Assembly (NCBI GenBank): GCA_963753345.1
Contig: CAVWBU010000034.1
Coordinates: 1-64,000 of the forward strand
Reading direction: 5' to 3'
Length of the DNA: 64,000 nucleotides
From: an uncultured Fibrobacterota bacterium
Lineage (GTDB): Bacteria; Fibrobacterota; Chitinivibrionia; Chitinivibrionales; FEN-1185
Shown piece after piece: positions 41,625 to 50,929 of this stretch. Numbering within the stretch: position 1 is the first letter of the stretch; every line of letters begins with the position of its first letter. The notes beneath the pieces were generated by a model that saw only the letters and a program-made list of their open reading frames with translations, had not been told where the DNA came from and did not search any database. Both the position numbers and the translations under genes were made by a program.

Positions 41625-41681
41625 TGGAAATTCGATCAAGCGGTGCATGAACTTTACATTTAACGTCATATGAGGATGTCT

Positions 41682-42239
41682 ATGAGAAAGGTTGTTTTTG
41701 CGATCAATATTACCACCGACGGGTACTGCAACCACACGGACATGATTGCCGACGATGAGTTGCTCAACTTCTATGCCGGGCTGCTGGGCAATGCAGGCAT
41801 CATCCTCTTCGGCCGGATCACCTATCAACTCATGGTTCCCTATTGGCCCGACGTCGCCAGGAACCAATCCGGGGCAGGGCCAACCAAGGAGTTCGCTCGC
41901 GTGTTCGACTCGCTCGACAAGGTCGTATTCTCCACCACGTTGAAACATGTTGAGGGAAACAACACGAGAATCGTGCGCGCAAACCTTGCGGAAGAGGTGC
42001 TCACGCTCAAGCAGCAGCCTGGAAAAGACATTTTCATAGATAGTTTGAGCATTGCGTCCCAGCTTTCGGACCGCGGTTTGATTGACGAGTATCATTTCGT
42101 GGTTCACCCGGTTGTTGCCGGTAAAGGACCGCGGTTATTCGACACCGTAACGCTGCAGGAGAGGCTTCTGCTAGACTTTATCGGTTTGAAAACCTTTCAA
42201 TCCGGCGTCGTTGCCCTTCACTACAGAAAGCATACGTGA
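41682..42239 (+). CDS. Dihydrofolate reductase family (RibD C-terminal-like) protein
   Basis: [36 protein letters not shown]...PVVAGKG.RLF, SGVV.LHY. Confidence 0.88.
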   Translation: MRKVVFAINITTDGYCNHTDMIADDELLNFYAGLLGNAGIILFGRITYQLMVPYWPDVARNQSGAGPTKEFARVFDSLDKVVFSTTLKHVEGNNTRIVRANLAEEVLTLKQQPGKDIFIDSLSIASQLSDRGLIDEYHFVVHPVVAGKGPRLFDTVTLQERLLLDFIGLKTFQSGVVALHYRKHT

Positions 42240-42301
42240 GGAGAAACGCCGTACGAAACCTGGCGTATTCGAAAATTGAGAGCAAAAAGATGAAAGGAAC
42301 G

Positions 42302-42482
42302 CGCCGGGTGCCCTCTCCCTCATCTCGGTCTCAACCATAACTCGTGTGCCACTATCATCCTCAATCGTGCATCGTCCCGCCTAAACACTCTCCGCATTCC
42401 CCCGCCGTCAACCCCTCGCCCTTGTCCCACAATTTCCCCTCAATTTTCCCGGTCTTCATTTATTTTAACGCCGTAGGAGCAC
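42302..42482 (+). repeat. Direct repeat R4
   Basis: CGCCGGGTGCCC...CGTGTGCCACTATCATCC...CATTCCCCCGCCGTCAACCCC...CCCGGTCTTCATTTATTTTAACGCCGTAGGAGCAC. Confidence 0.85.
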
Positions 42483-42546
42483 AGTGCCGATGATTACCAA
42501 AACACCAACCATCAGCAACGTTACCTTCGCGCGAAAGGGGGCTTGC

Positions 42547-44649
42547 ATGAAAAAATCTCCGGTGCAGCTTATTCTTGGTATCGGGTTGCTGATTTTATTT
42601 ACGAGCGCGGGGCATGCCCAATGGGTGCAGACAAACGGGCCGTATGGCGGGGACATCAACGCCCTCGCATTCAACGGCGCCACTATTCTTGCCGGCACTG
42701 AAGGAAGCGGCGTTTTTCTCTCCACCAACAATGGAGCAAGCTGGTCTCCGGCCAATAACGGGCTCTTGGTCGGCTATATCTCTTGTCTTATGGTGAGCGG
42801 AGATACCATTTACGCCGGAACCAACGGCGGGGTCTTTTTCTCCACCGATAACGGAACAAGCTGGGCCGCGAGCACCAGCGGTCTCACACGTCTCAGCGTC
42901 ACGGCCCTTGCGAAGAGTGGCGGCACTATCTTTGCCGGAACCGGCGGCGGGGTCTTTCTATCCACCAATAACGGAACAAGCTGGACTGCGGCCGATAGCG
43001 GGCTTTCGAGCGCCAATATCTACGCTCTTGCAGTAAGCGGGAGTGCCATCTTCGCCGGAACCTGGGGCGGCGGCGTTTTTCTATCCGCCAATAATGGAAC
43101 GAGCTGGACCGCGGTGAATAGTGGGCTCACGAGCCTTAATGTTATGGCTCTTGCGGTGAACGGGAGCGCCATCTTTGCCGGGACCAGTGGCGGCGGCGTC
43201 TTCCGTTCAACAAATAACGGAACAAGCTGGACTGCGGTTGATTCTGGACTTACGTCGACAAGTGTCCGATGTTTTGCGGTAAACGGCAGCGACATCTTTG
43301 CCGGGACAAATGGCAACGACCCTGTTTTTCTCTCCACCAACAACGGATCAAGCTGGACCGCGGTCGACAGCGGCATTACCATTGCCAATGTCTTGTCCCT
43401 CGCAGTAAAAGGCAGCGACATTTTTGCCGGAACTTTTTACGGCGGCGGCGTCTTCCATTCAGCCAATAATGGAACAAGCTGGACCACTGTCAACAATGGT
43501 ATTACGAATAGCCGCATACTTTCCATCGCGACAGGTGACAGCGGCGTCTATGCAGGTACGTGGGGCGGCGGAATTCTGTTTTCCGCGGACAAAGGAACAA
43601 ACTGGGCCGCGGTCAATGCCGGCAATCCGGCTTACAAAAATGGTTTATACGCCCAAGTGCTTTCTCTTATCGCAAGCGGCGGAAAAGTGTTCGCTGGCAT
43701 TGAAGCATGGGGCGTTTTCCTTTCTACGGATAAGGGGTTGAGCTGGACTTCGGAAAGTATTTCGAGTGCAAGCGTCGAGTGTTTTGCCGCCAAAAGCGAC
43801 ACCCTCTTTGCCGGGGCTTACCAGGGCGGCGTTTTTCTTTCCACCAACAGCGGTACAAGCTGGACCGCGGACAATAACGGACTAACGGACTCTGATGTCG
43901 TGTCTCTTACAGTGAGCGGCGGCAATATTTTTGCCGGGACCTCCGGCGGCGGCATCTTTCGTTCAGTCAATAACGGATCAAGCTGGACCGCGGTTGATTC
44001 CGGACTTACGAGCCTGACTATCAACGCTCTTGCGGCAGTCAGCGGCATTGTCTTTGCAGGGACGACTAGCGGGGTTTTTATATCCGCCGATAACGGCGGC
44101 CATTGGACCGCAAGCGATTCCGGCCTTACCCGTCTTTACGTCACATCTTTTGCCGTGATCGGCAGCAACATTTTTGCGGGGACTGATGGCGGCCGTGTTT
44201 TTCTCTCCGCCAATAACGGCGTAAGTTGGATTGCGGAGGACAGCGGGCTTCCGAATGCCTCCGAAACATATCTTGCCGTAGGCGACAGCACGCTCTATGC
44301 CGGAATTTACGGCAGCTGCGTGTGGCGGCGACCGCTCCCTGAAATGACGACGGCAATCGATAAAAGCACCAAGCGAGCGGCTTCACAGCAATTACTTATC
44401 AAGATACGCTCGCTTGGCCATGGGAGCACGGCCGCTAGGATTGATTTTTCACTGCCACATTCCGAGCGGGTCACGATGAGCATTTACAACCTTGCCGGCC
44501 GTGAAATAGCATCTCTTGTCAATGACTTTCTTGGATCGGGCCCGCATAGCATACTTTGGAATACCCAGAACATTGCCGCAGGTTGTTATACAGTAAGAAT
44601 GAAAGCGGGATCGGATACATTCATAAGAAGTATTCCGATTTTACGTTAG
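42547..44649 (+). CDS. BNR/Asp-box repeat beta-propeller protein with T9SS-type CTD
   Basis: About 14 repeats of IFAGT.GGGVFLSTNNGTSWTAVDSGL; CTD IYNLAGREI...AGCYTVRM. Confidence 0.85.
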   Translation: MKKSPVQLILGIGLLILFTSAGHAQWVQTNGPYGGDINALAFNGATILAGTEGSGVFLSTNNGASWSPANNGLLVGYISCLMVSGDTIYAGTNGGVFFSTDNGTSWAASTSGLTRLSVTALAKSGGTIFAGTGGGVFLSTNNGTSWTAADSGLSSANIYALAVSGSAIFAGTWGGGVFLSANNGTSWTAVNSGLTSLNVMALAVNGSAIFAGTSGGGVFRSTNNGTSWTAVDSGLTSTSVRCFAVNGSDIFAGTNGNDPVFLSTNNGSSWTAVDSGITIANVLSLAVKGSDIFAGTFYGGGVFHSANNGTSWTTVNNGITNSRILSIATGDSGVYAGTWGGGILFSADKGTNWAAVNAGNPAYKNGLYAQVLSLIASGGKVFAGIEAWGVFLSTDKGLSWTSESISSASVECFAAKSDTLFAGAYQGGVFLSTNSGTSWTADNNGLTDSDVVSLTVSGGNIFAGTSGGGIFRSVNNGSSWTAVDSGLTSLTINALAAVSGIVFAGTTSGVFISADNGGHWTASDSGLTRLYVTSFAVIGSNIFAGTDGGRVFLSANNGVSWIAEDSGLPNASETYLAVGDSTLYAGIYGSCVWRRPLPEMTTAIDKSTKRAASQQLLIKIRSLGHGSTAARIDFSLPHSERVTMSIYNLAGREIASLVNDFLGSGPHSILWNTQNIAAGCYTVRMKAGSDTFIRSIPILR

Positions 44650-44782
44650 CTTTCTTTTTTCGCAAGAGCCCCTGCGAAGAGAGGAGATCGTTGCAGGTTA
44701 AGAACTTCGGCCAACAAATAAAGGAACGCCATTTTTGCTGGACACTCAATTTGTAAATTAATGTAGATAAGGGCGCGGTATA

Positions 44783-45727
44783 ATGGAGTTCATTGCTTTA
44801 TTGGTTTTCATCATCACCCAGATTGTAATTATTCCCTTGGTGATTATCGGCGCAATCATCGCTACATATAAACAGGTCTTTGTCAGCAAGAAGTTGGGTG
44901 TCTCTAGCACGGCCATTTCCGTTATCAGCGCCAGGTGGTTAATGGATGTTTTTGGCCTTAGAAAGGACACGGCTTCGGTTAGGTTATACCGCGTTCTTCC
45001 CAATGCTTACGTATTTGGCATGTGGCTCCTTTTTTTCCCCGCCTACCTGCGGTACAAAATCAGCGGAAAACATAGAGGCTTTGCATCAATTAAAGAAGAG
45101 GGCAAGGAGGGCATGGCAAACGTAGCCATTACCAGAACAGTTCATTTTGATAGCCTGGTCAATAACTCAATAAATCAAGTAAGGCAATTTGTCGTTATGG
45201 GAGCCGGATACGACACAAGGTGTTATGGACATCTTAAGCAAAACAACGTAACGTTTTTCGAGCTTGACCAGCCGGCGACACAAAGACTAAAAGTAAAATG
45301 CCTGAAACAAGCCGGCATTGACGTATCTCATGTTACGTTTCTTGAAGTGGATTTTTCCAAGGATAACTGGCTTGAAAAGCTAAAGGATGCCGGTTTTAGT
45401 CCGGACAAAAAAACCATCTTTTTATGGGAAGGCGTAACACTTTACATCTCTGAAAATGATGTCCGAAAAACAATACACGCGGTCAAGGAGCATTCTTCTC
45501 GTGGCAGCATACTGATCACAGATTTGTATTCTAAAAGATTAATCGCTCTCAGAGGTGTGAAAGCGACAAATGAGCAGTTTAATTTTGCACTGGACTTCTC
45601 ATCTGACAGAGAAAATGTTCTAAAAACATTCCTGGAAAGTGAAAATGTAAAAGCAGGCAACTTTTATTTTATGGGGCACAAAACCAAGAAAGGTGCGTTT
45701 GGGGTAGTCGTTGAAATTATTCTGTAG
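44783..45727 (+). CDS. SAM-dependent methyltransferase (leucine carboxyl methyltransferase/TIGR00027-like) with a membrane N-terminus
   Basis: RTVHFD, VVMGAGYDTR, FELDQP, VDF, LWEGVTLY. Confidence 0.85.
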   Translation: MEFIALLVFIITQIVIIPLVIIGAIIATYKQVFVSKKLGVSSTAISVISARWLMDVFGLRKDTASVRLYRVLPNAYVFGMWLLFFPAYLRYKISGKHRGFASIKEEGKEGMANVAITRTVHFDSLVNNSINQVRQFVVMGAGYDTRCYGHLKQNNVTFFELDQPATQRLKVKCLKQAGIDVSHVTFLEVDFSKDNWLEKLKDAGFSPDKKTIFLWEGVTLYISENDVRKTIHAVKEHSSRGSILITDLYSKRLIALRGVKATNEQFNFALDFSSDRENVLKTFLESENVKAGNFYFMGHKTKKGAFGVVVEIIL

Positions 45728-45866
45728 GGTTTTATTCTTAATTGATTTTCTCGAAATAAAAGTGTGCGCCTCCTCTCTCTCCTCTGCATTTTCTTTTTCT
45801 TTCTCATAACCCCGCCCTCCCTGTTGCGGATTGTGGATTTCGGATTGCTTCATAAAAAGATATCAC

Positions 45867-46006
45867 GGTGGGGGATGTCTCCCCCTGGCCCCCGGCTTCC
45901 GGCACTGCGCGCCGGTGATCCGGGGGCACACCCCCTCGTGGGTAGCCCCCAAGCAAGTTTGGTTACAAGATAGACACATCGGCTGCGGGGGCACCGAGAA
46001 AGAGAG
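45867..46006 (-). repeat. Family B repeat (composite with 46110-46295)
   Basis: GGTGGGGGATGTCTCCCCC...CCCCCTCGTGGGTAGCCCCC...GGGGGCACCGAGAAAGAG. Confidence 0.85.
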
Positions 46007-46109
46007 TTGAATAGTTGAAGAGTTTCAAATTCAAAGAGGAATCCCCGCCTGATTCATTGCGGATACCGATTTGCGCGAGAAAAAGTAATTGACTGAATAG
46101 AATTCCGTT

Positions 46110-46295
46110 GCCGCGCGTTAGGGGCGACTGGAGGGCGTGCTGGAGCACGATGCCGCCCGGACCCGCCGCGCAAGCGGTATTGGGGGCCGTGGCGGCCCGG
46201 GGCCGAAGGCCGACGACCCTTGGAAGTACCCGACGGGGTAAACCTCCTCCGCTTTGAAATCTTTGATATCTCTAACGCAGCAGCAGGGTGCCCAA
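46110..46295 (-). repeat. Family A repeat, divergent copy
   Basis: GCCGCGCGTTAGGGGCGACTGGAGG...GGCCGAAGGCCGACGACCCTTGGAAG...GGGTGCCCAA; middle matches 13790-13820. Confidence 0.75.
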
Positions 46296-46322
46296 ATCTT
46301 GATACCACAGCCTTGTTAGGCA

Positions 46323-47009
46323 TTATCTAATTAAATTCACTTGTTTTGCAAAGGTGTGATTCCCAATCGTAAGCTGGAAAAAATATGCGCCATTTCTAAA
46401 GCCCCTTGCATCAAATAACAAATTATATGATCCTGCATCACAAATACTGCTGATTAATGTCTCTAGTTTTCTACCCTTGGAATCAAATACATTGAGCTTA
46501 ATAAAAGCTCTTTCAGGAATTGACAACCTAAAAGTCATGGTTCGCTCAATTTGATTGGGATAGCATTGGAATTGTATAGACGTTTGTGAGATTTCAGTTC
46601 TATTTCTTTCTATCCCGGATGTTACTCTATCATAAGTTGTGGGTGTATTGAATGAAGTTGGTGTTGCAACTTGCGGTAGGCCGGTATGCCAATAACCTTC
46701 TATCTGCAGACCTGAGGAATCTGATGAAATTTGATATATTCCTTTCCACCCTACTATACCGCTTTGTCCTAAGTCGATTTCTCTTAGGCCGGAAGAAGGA
46801 ATCGATAAAGTTGCATAGTTGGCCGTCTCCGGCGGTGTTGTTTGAAATTGAATGATTACCGTTGAATCATTCAAAAAGATATATCTGATCGGGTCGCCGG
46901 GACCGGAGACGTTGTCCCAGGTTCCTGTCAAAGATTGGGAGGAAGCGTAATTGGTGATTCCTAAGACTAGGAGTAACAACAAGTAGATTGAAGATAATGA
47001 TTTTTTCAT
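46323..47009 (-). CDS. Secreted protein with T9SS-type CTD
   Basis: Signal peptide; CYPN...VFDSKGRKL...NGAYFFQL...KQV; AT-rich; AAGGAG RBS. Confidence 0.8.
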   Translation of the reverse strand: MKKSLSSIYLLLLLVLGITNYASSQSLTGTWDNVSGPGDPIRYIFLNDSTVIIQFQTTPPETANYATLSIPSSGLREIDLGQSGIVGWKGIYQISSDSSGLQIEGYWHTGLPQVATPTSFNTPTTYDRVTSGIERNRTEISQTSIQFQCYPNQIERTMTFRLSIPERAFIKLNVFDSKGRKLETLISSICDAGSYNLLFDARGFRNGAYFFQLTIGNHTFAKQVNLIR

Positions 47010-47329
47010 ACAACGAGTCTCCTTGAGGTTGATGATGAGTGTATAATGTCAGGCGAGCCTGTAGAAATCCCCACTTTTGACTAGGGTTAGATGCGGTGTA
47101 ATTGTATCATGATCCAAGTGGACATACCAGACGTAATGAATCTATCGTGCTTTGGGCACAATCAACAGTAGGTTCGCTTCGCGGCTACAACTGTAGGATT
47201 ACGTTTTCTCTCTTCAATCCGCATTCCGCAATCATCAATCAAAATGCTCCATTCTTTCTTGAACCTTGTCCTCGGTTTCATCGACTATTATTTATATTAA
47301 ACCTCAAAGGGCGGACTGCGGGGGCACGT

Positions 47330-48688
47330 ATGAAAAAATCGAAGATTCCTGTCGTTGCCATTGGTTTGCTGCTTTTATTTACGCATGCGTCAAATGCTCA
47401 GTGGGTGCAAACAAACGGGGTGTTTGGTTCGGGCCCGACTGCGCTTGCCGTCAGTGGCAGTAACATCTTTGCCGGAACTCTTGATAACGGCATTTACCGT
47501 TCCACCAATAACGGAACAGACTGGATTGCGGTTGATTCGGGACTGCCTTATTGCCAGTGCCCCCCGCACATGAACTGCCTCGTTCTCATGAGAAGCAATA
47601 TCCTTTGTCTTGCCGCAAGCGGCAGCAATATCTTTGCCGGGACTTCCTGCGGCGGCGTTCTTCTTTCGGCCAATAATGGAACCAGCTGGACCGCGGTTGA
47701 TTCAGGACTCCCGATTTATTCTGTTCTGTCTCTTGCCGTGAGCGGCAGCACTATCTTTGCAGGGACCACGGGTGATTTTTACCGTTCTACCAATAATGGA
47801 ACAAGCTGGACTGCGGTTGATTCAGGACTCACGAATTATCCTGTTTTGTGTCTTGGCGGGAACGATAGCCATATCTTTGCCGGGACAAATGGTGGTGGTG
47901 TTTTTCTCTCCACAAATAACGGAACAAGTTGGACCGCGGTCAATTCAGGACTCCCGAGCAGTACTGTATCGTGTCTTGCAGCATGCGGCGCCAATATCTT
48001 TGCGGTGGTGCAGCCCACGATTTATAACGGGCCGAATATCCCGGTAATTTCCGTCGATTCCAGGAATGGCGGCACTACTGCCGTTGCGCCGGACACTGTT
48101 GGAATGGAAAGCGGTCTTTACGTTTCCGCCGACAACGGCGCAAGCTGGACCGCGGTCGATTTCGGGCCGCCAAGCGCGGAGGTCTCTTGTCTTGCCGCGA
48201 CCGGCAACAATATCTTTGCCGCTACCTGGGGCGGGGTTTACCTTTCCACCAATAACGGAACAAGCTGGGCTTCGGTCAATGCCGGACTTACGGTCAGTAC
48301 TGTTTCATCAATTACGGTTATTCCCGTTTCATCTTTTGCCATAAGCGGAAACACTGTTTTTGCCGCGGCCGGCAACGCCGTATGGCGCAGGCCGCTTTCG
48401 GAAATGATACCGACAAATAACCGTGAGTTTCACAATAAGCAACCGTCCGTCGGCAATCTCAGAATCAACATCAACAAAACCAGCGTCGCCGTATCCTTTC
48501 CCTCGTCCGATGGCCCGGTCACGGTCGGATTGTTTACCATCGCAGGGAAGAGAATTTATTCAGCCACGCATGAAGCTGATAACGGAATCCTGAGTATTCC
48601 GCTATCGGGATTGTCGGCAGGCGCCTATCTAATGTCAATTACCGGCAGGAATGGCGTACTTCGTTCGTCGTTTGTTGTGACGAAATAA
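47330..48688 (+). CDS. BNR/Asp-box repeat beta-propeller protein with T9SS-type CTD (paralog of 42547-44649)
   Basis: AQWVQTNG N-terminus and STNNGTSWTAVDSGL repeats; CTD LFTIAGKRI...AGAYLM. Confidence 0.85.
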   Translation: MKKSKIPVVAIGLLLLFTHASNAQWVQTNGVFGSGPTALAVSGSNIFAGTLDNGIYRSTNNGTDWIAVDSGLPYCQCPPHMNCLVLMRSNILCLAASGSNIFAGTSCGGVLLSANNGTSWTAVDSGLPIYSVLSLAVSGSTIFAGTTGDFYRSTNNGTSWTAVDSGLTNYPVLCLGGNDSHIFAGTNGGGVFLSTNNGTSWTAVNSGLPSSTVSCLAACGANIFAVVQPTIYNGPNIPVISVDSRNGGTTAVAPDTVGMESGLYVSADNGASWTAVDFGPPSAEVSCLAATGNNIFAATWGGVYLSTNNGTSWASVNAGLTVSTVSSITVIPVSSFAISGNTVFAAAGNAVWRRPLSEMIPTNNREFHNKQPSVGNLRININKTSVAVSFPSSDGPVTVGLFTIAGKRIYSATHEADNGILSIPLSGLSAGAYLMSITGRNGVLRSSFVVTK

Positions 48689-48739
48689 TGGATTGGCAAG
48701 ACCTCAGCTCCCGTCATGTGTATGCAGTCAAAGTCGCGG

Positions 48740-48760
48740 TCCCGCTTTCGCGGGAATGAC
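48740..48760. repeat. REP-like half site
   Basis: TCCCGCTTTCGCGGGAATGAC palindromic motif. Confidence 0.5.
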
Positions 48761-48813
48761 AAGGCCGAACCTTGCCGCTTTGGTGTCTTCATTTCTTTGT
48801 CTTTCTCCAACCG

Positions 48814-48977
48814 CTCTTCGTGGTGCCCCCGCAGCCGAAGTGTCTATCTCGCAAACGAACTTTCTAGGGGGCTACCCACGAGGGGGTATGGGTGCAGACC
48901 CCGCAGGAAAGCTTTACAAATCATGAAAACATACGCTTTCCGAGGAGGCTGCACCCTAGGGGGACGCCTCCCCCACC
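48814..48977 (+). repeat. Family B repeat
   Basis: CTCTTCGTGGTGCCCCC...GGGGGCTACCCACGAGGGGGT-GGGTGCAG...CTGCACCC-AGGGGGACGCCTCCCCCACC. Confidence 0.85.
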
Positions 48978-49008
48978 AAATGCTTTTATTTTGTTAGCAA
49001 TAGCAAAT

Positions 49009-49037
49009 AAAAAAGGGCGGCTAACTTCACCGCCCTT
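49009..49037 (-). terminator. Rho-independent terminator of the ctpA-ppiD unit
   Basis: Minus strand AAGGGCGG-loop-CCGCCCTT with a T tract, about 30 nt after the ppiD stop. Confidence 0.75.
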
Positions 49038-49069
49038 CAAATCAGAACCATCAAAAATATTATCGCATC

Positions 49070-50893
49070 TTAATCAAGATAAAATTGATTCACATTGTCT
49101 ACTATTTTCGACGAATTCTTCAAGCTGTTGTACCAATTTTCGAAGTTCTTCTCCGCCGTCTCGGTGACAAGCCTTACTTTGATGGCGTTGATTTCCGGCG
49201 AATCCCACTTGATCGCGGCCGGCGCTTTTTTGTGAAACACCGGTTTCACGACGCAGAACGCGCCGCTCACCGCTATCATATCCGACACCTTGCCGTCGGG
49301 CAACGCGAAAGCGGCCGCCACCGCCTGATTGTCGAATCCCACCGCCGTGTACTGCAGGTGCGCGACCGTGTCGGTGACGCCCGAGGCCACGAGCGTGTCG
49401 TATTTCGAATAGTGGGCCACGTCGTTCTTATCCGGCACCTTGGCGAGAAAATCCTCGAAATGTTTCTTCGCCTTTGCCAGCCTGCTTTCCTCGCTGAGAA
49501 TGGATTCGATGTGGTCCTTGGCAACCTCGAGGGGCAGGATCCCCTTCTTCACCTTGCGCTTCACCTGGAAAATGTAGTACCCGTCGTCGTTTTCGAGCAG
49601 GTCCGACACCTCGCCCTCGGCGCGGTTGAACGCGTGCGATGCGGCGCCGTTGACGATCCCCACTTTCGGGACCAGGTCGCCGCGCTTGAAAAGCCCCGTG
49701 GAATCGACAATGGCGACGGGGATCCTTTTCGATACGTTCTTTATTCCTTCGGAAGCAATGACGGCGTGCGCGCTGTCGGCCAGGGCGTTAAGGCGGTCTA
49801 TGGTCTCCCCGGACGGCGCGATCTTCCGGAGAATGTGGCGCGCCTTGACCATCTGCTTGCCGTCCTTCGTCTCCTTTTTATCAACATACACCAGGTGGTA
49901 GCCGAGCTTGGTGCGCACGGGCATGGAAACCTGGCCGGCGGGAGTCGCGAAAAGGACCGAATCAAACTCCGGCATCATGGGTAGCGAGCCCTTGGCGATC
50001 CACCCGAGATCGCCGCCTTGCGGCGACGTCGACTCGTCGTCGGATTCGAGCTTGGCTTCCTCGGCGAACGAGGAATCGCCGGGTTTGATCTTCACCCGCA
50101 GGTTCATCATCTCCTTATAGATGGAGTCGATGTCGGCCTTGGTGGGGGTCTTGGGGATCTTTACAAAGTAGAGATCGGCCTGGTCGGGCGTGGCGAAGGA
50201 GTCCTGGTGCGCCTCGTAGTACGCGGCGATCGCGGCGTCGGCAATCTTGTCGGGCGAAAATGAGCTCACGTTCACCCGCGCGTACTCGAACCTCGCTTTC
50301 TCGTTCTCCAATTTGAATTCGTAGGCGAGCTCCGCGTTGGTGGGGAAATCCTGCACCGAGAGCAGGAGCCGCAGGGTCTGGACCGGGACCGAGAAATCGC
50401 GGATGGTATGCTCGAATTCCAGCATTCCCTGGTTCTCGTAGATTTCCGGCTTGTTAAGGAACGACACGAACTTCGCGGTGTCGAACACGCCATTGGTCTG
50501 GAATTCCTTGGCCGCGGTCACCTCCGGCGGAGGATTCCGCCGGATAAATTCGAACACTTCGTCGGCCGACGCGCCGATCTTCATCGCGTCGAACACGTCG
50601 CGGAGAAGGATCCGTTTCACCTCGGTCTCCCACACCTGGTGCGGGATCATCCTGCTCTGGTACGCGGCGGCCTCGGGGCCGCCGGTCTGGTCGCGCTCCT
50701 TCTCGCGCGCCATGCTCACTTCCCGCTCGAACGTCCGCAGCGAAATTTCCTTGCCGTTCACCTTCCCGATGGCGTCCTTCACCCGGTTGCGGGACGAAAG
50801 GTCCATGCCCCAGGCGAACACGATGGTCGCGATGAACGCGACGATCACCACCCACATTATTATCGCGGCATTGTTTCTCAAATACTGGATCAT
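49070..50893 (-). CDS. ppiD: PpiD/SurA-like peptidyl-prolyl isomerase (N-terminal TM anchor, parvulin domain)
   Basis: GKVNGKEIS, FAEEAKLESDD, GGDLGW, VSMPVRTKLGYHL, KARHIL. Confidence 0.85.
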   Translation of the reverse strand: MIQYLRNNAAIIMWVVIVAFIATIVFAWGMDLSSRNRVKDAIGKVNGKEISLRTFEREVSMAREKERDQTGGPEAAAYQSRMIPHQVWETEVKRILLRDVFDAMKIGASADEVFEFIRRNPPPEVTAAKEFQTNGVFDTAKFVSFLNKPEIYENQGMLEFEHTIRDFSVPVQTLRLLLSVQDFPTNAELAYEFKLENEKARFEYARVNVSSFSPDKIADAAIAAYYEAHQDSFATPDQADLYFVKIPKTPTKADIDSIYKEMMNLRVKIKPGDSSFAEEAKLESDDESTSPQGGDLGWIAKGSLPMMPEFDSVLFATPAGQVSMPVRTKLGYHLVYVDKKETKDGKQMVKARHILRKIAPSGETIDRLNALADSAHAVIASEGIKNVSKRIPVAIVDSTGLFKRGDLVPKVGIVNGAASHAFNRAEGEVSDLLENDDGYYIFQVKRKVKKGILPLEVAKDHIESILSEESRLAKAKKHFEDFLAKVPDKNDVAHYSKYDTLVASGVTDTVAHLQYTAVGFDNQAVAAAFALPDGKVSDMIAVSGAFCVVKPVFHKKAPAAIKWDSPEINAIKVRLVTETAEKNFENWYNSLKNSSKIVDNVNQFYLD

Positions 50894-50929
50894 GGCGTCA
50901 CTCCCGTAAGCGTTCCTATGGAACGTTAG

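Noticed and set aside
35410-42482. R1-R4 as a CRISPR array or sigma-54 promoters (TGGCAC on the minus strand)
   Set aside because: The repeats are too long and separated by whole genes, there are no cas genes, and the TTGC -12 element is missing.
46270-46321. attC-like GCCTAAC...GTTAGAG right after the stop of the AT-rich 46323-47009 gene
   Set aside because: Only about 52 bp, no convincing L-box pairing, it overlaps the start of a family A copy, and there is no integron integrase in the window; at most a remnant.
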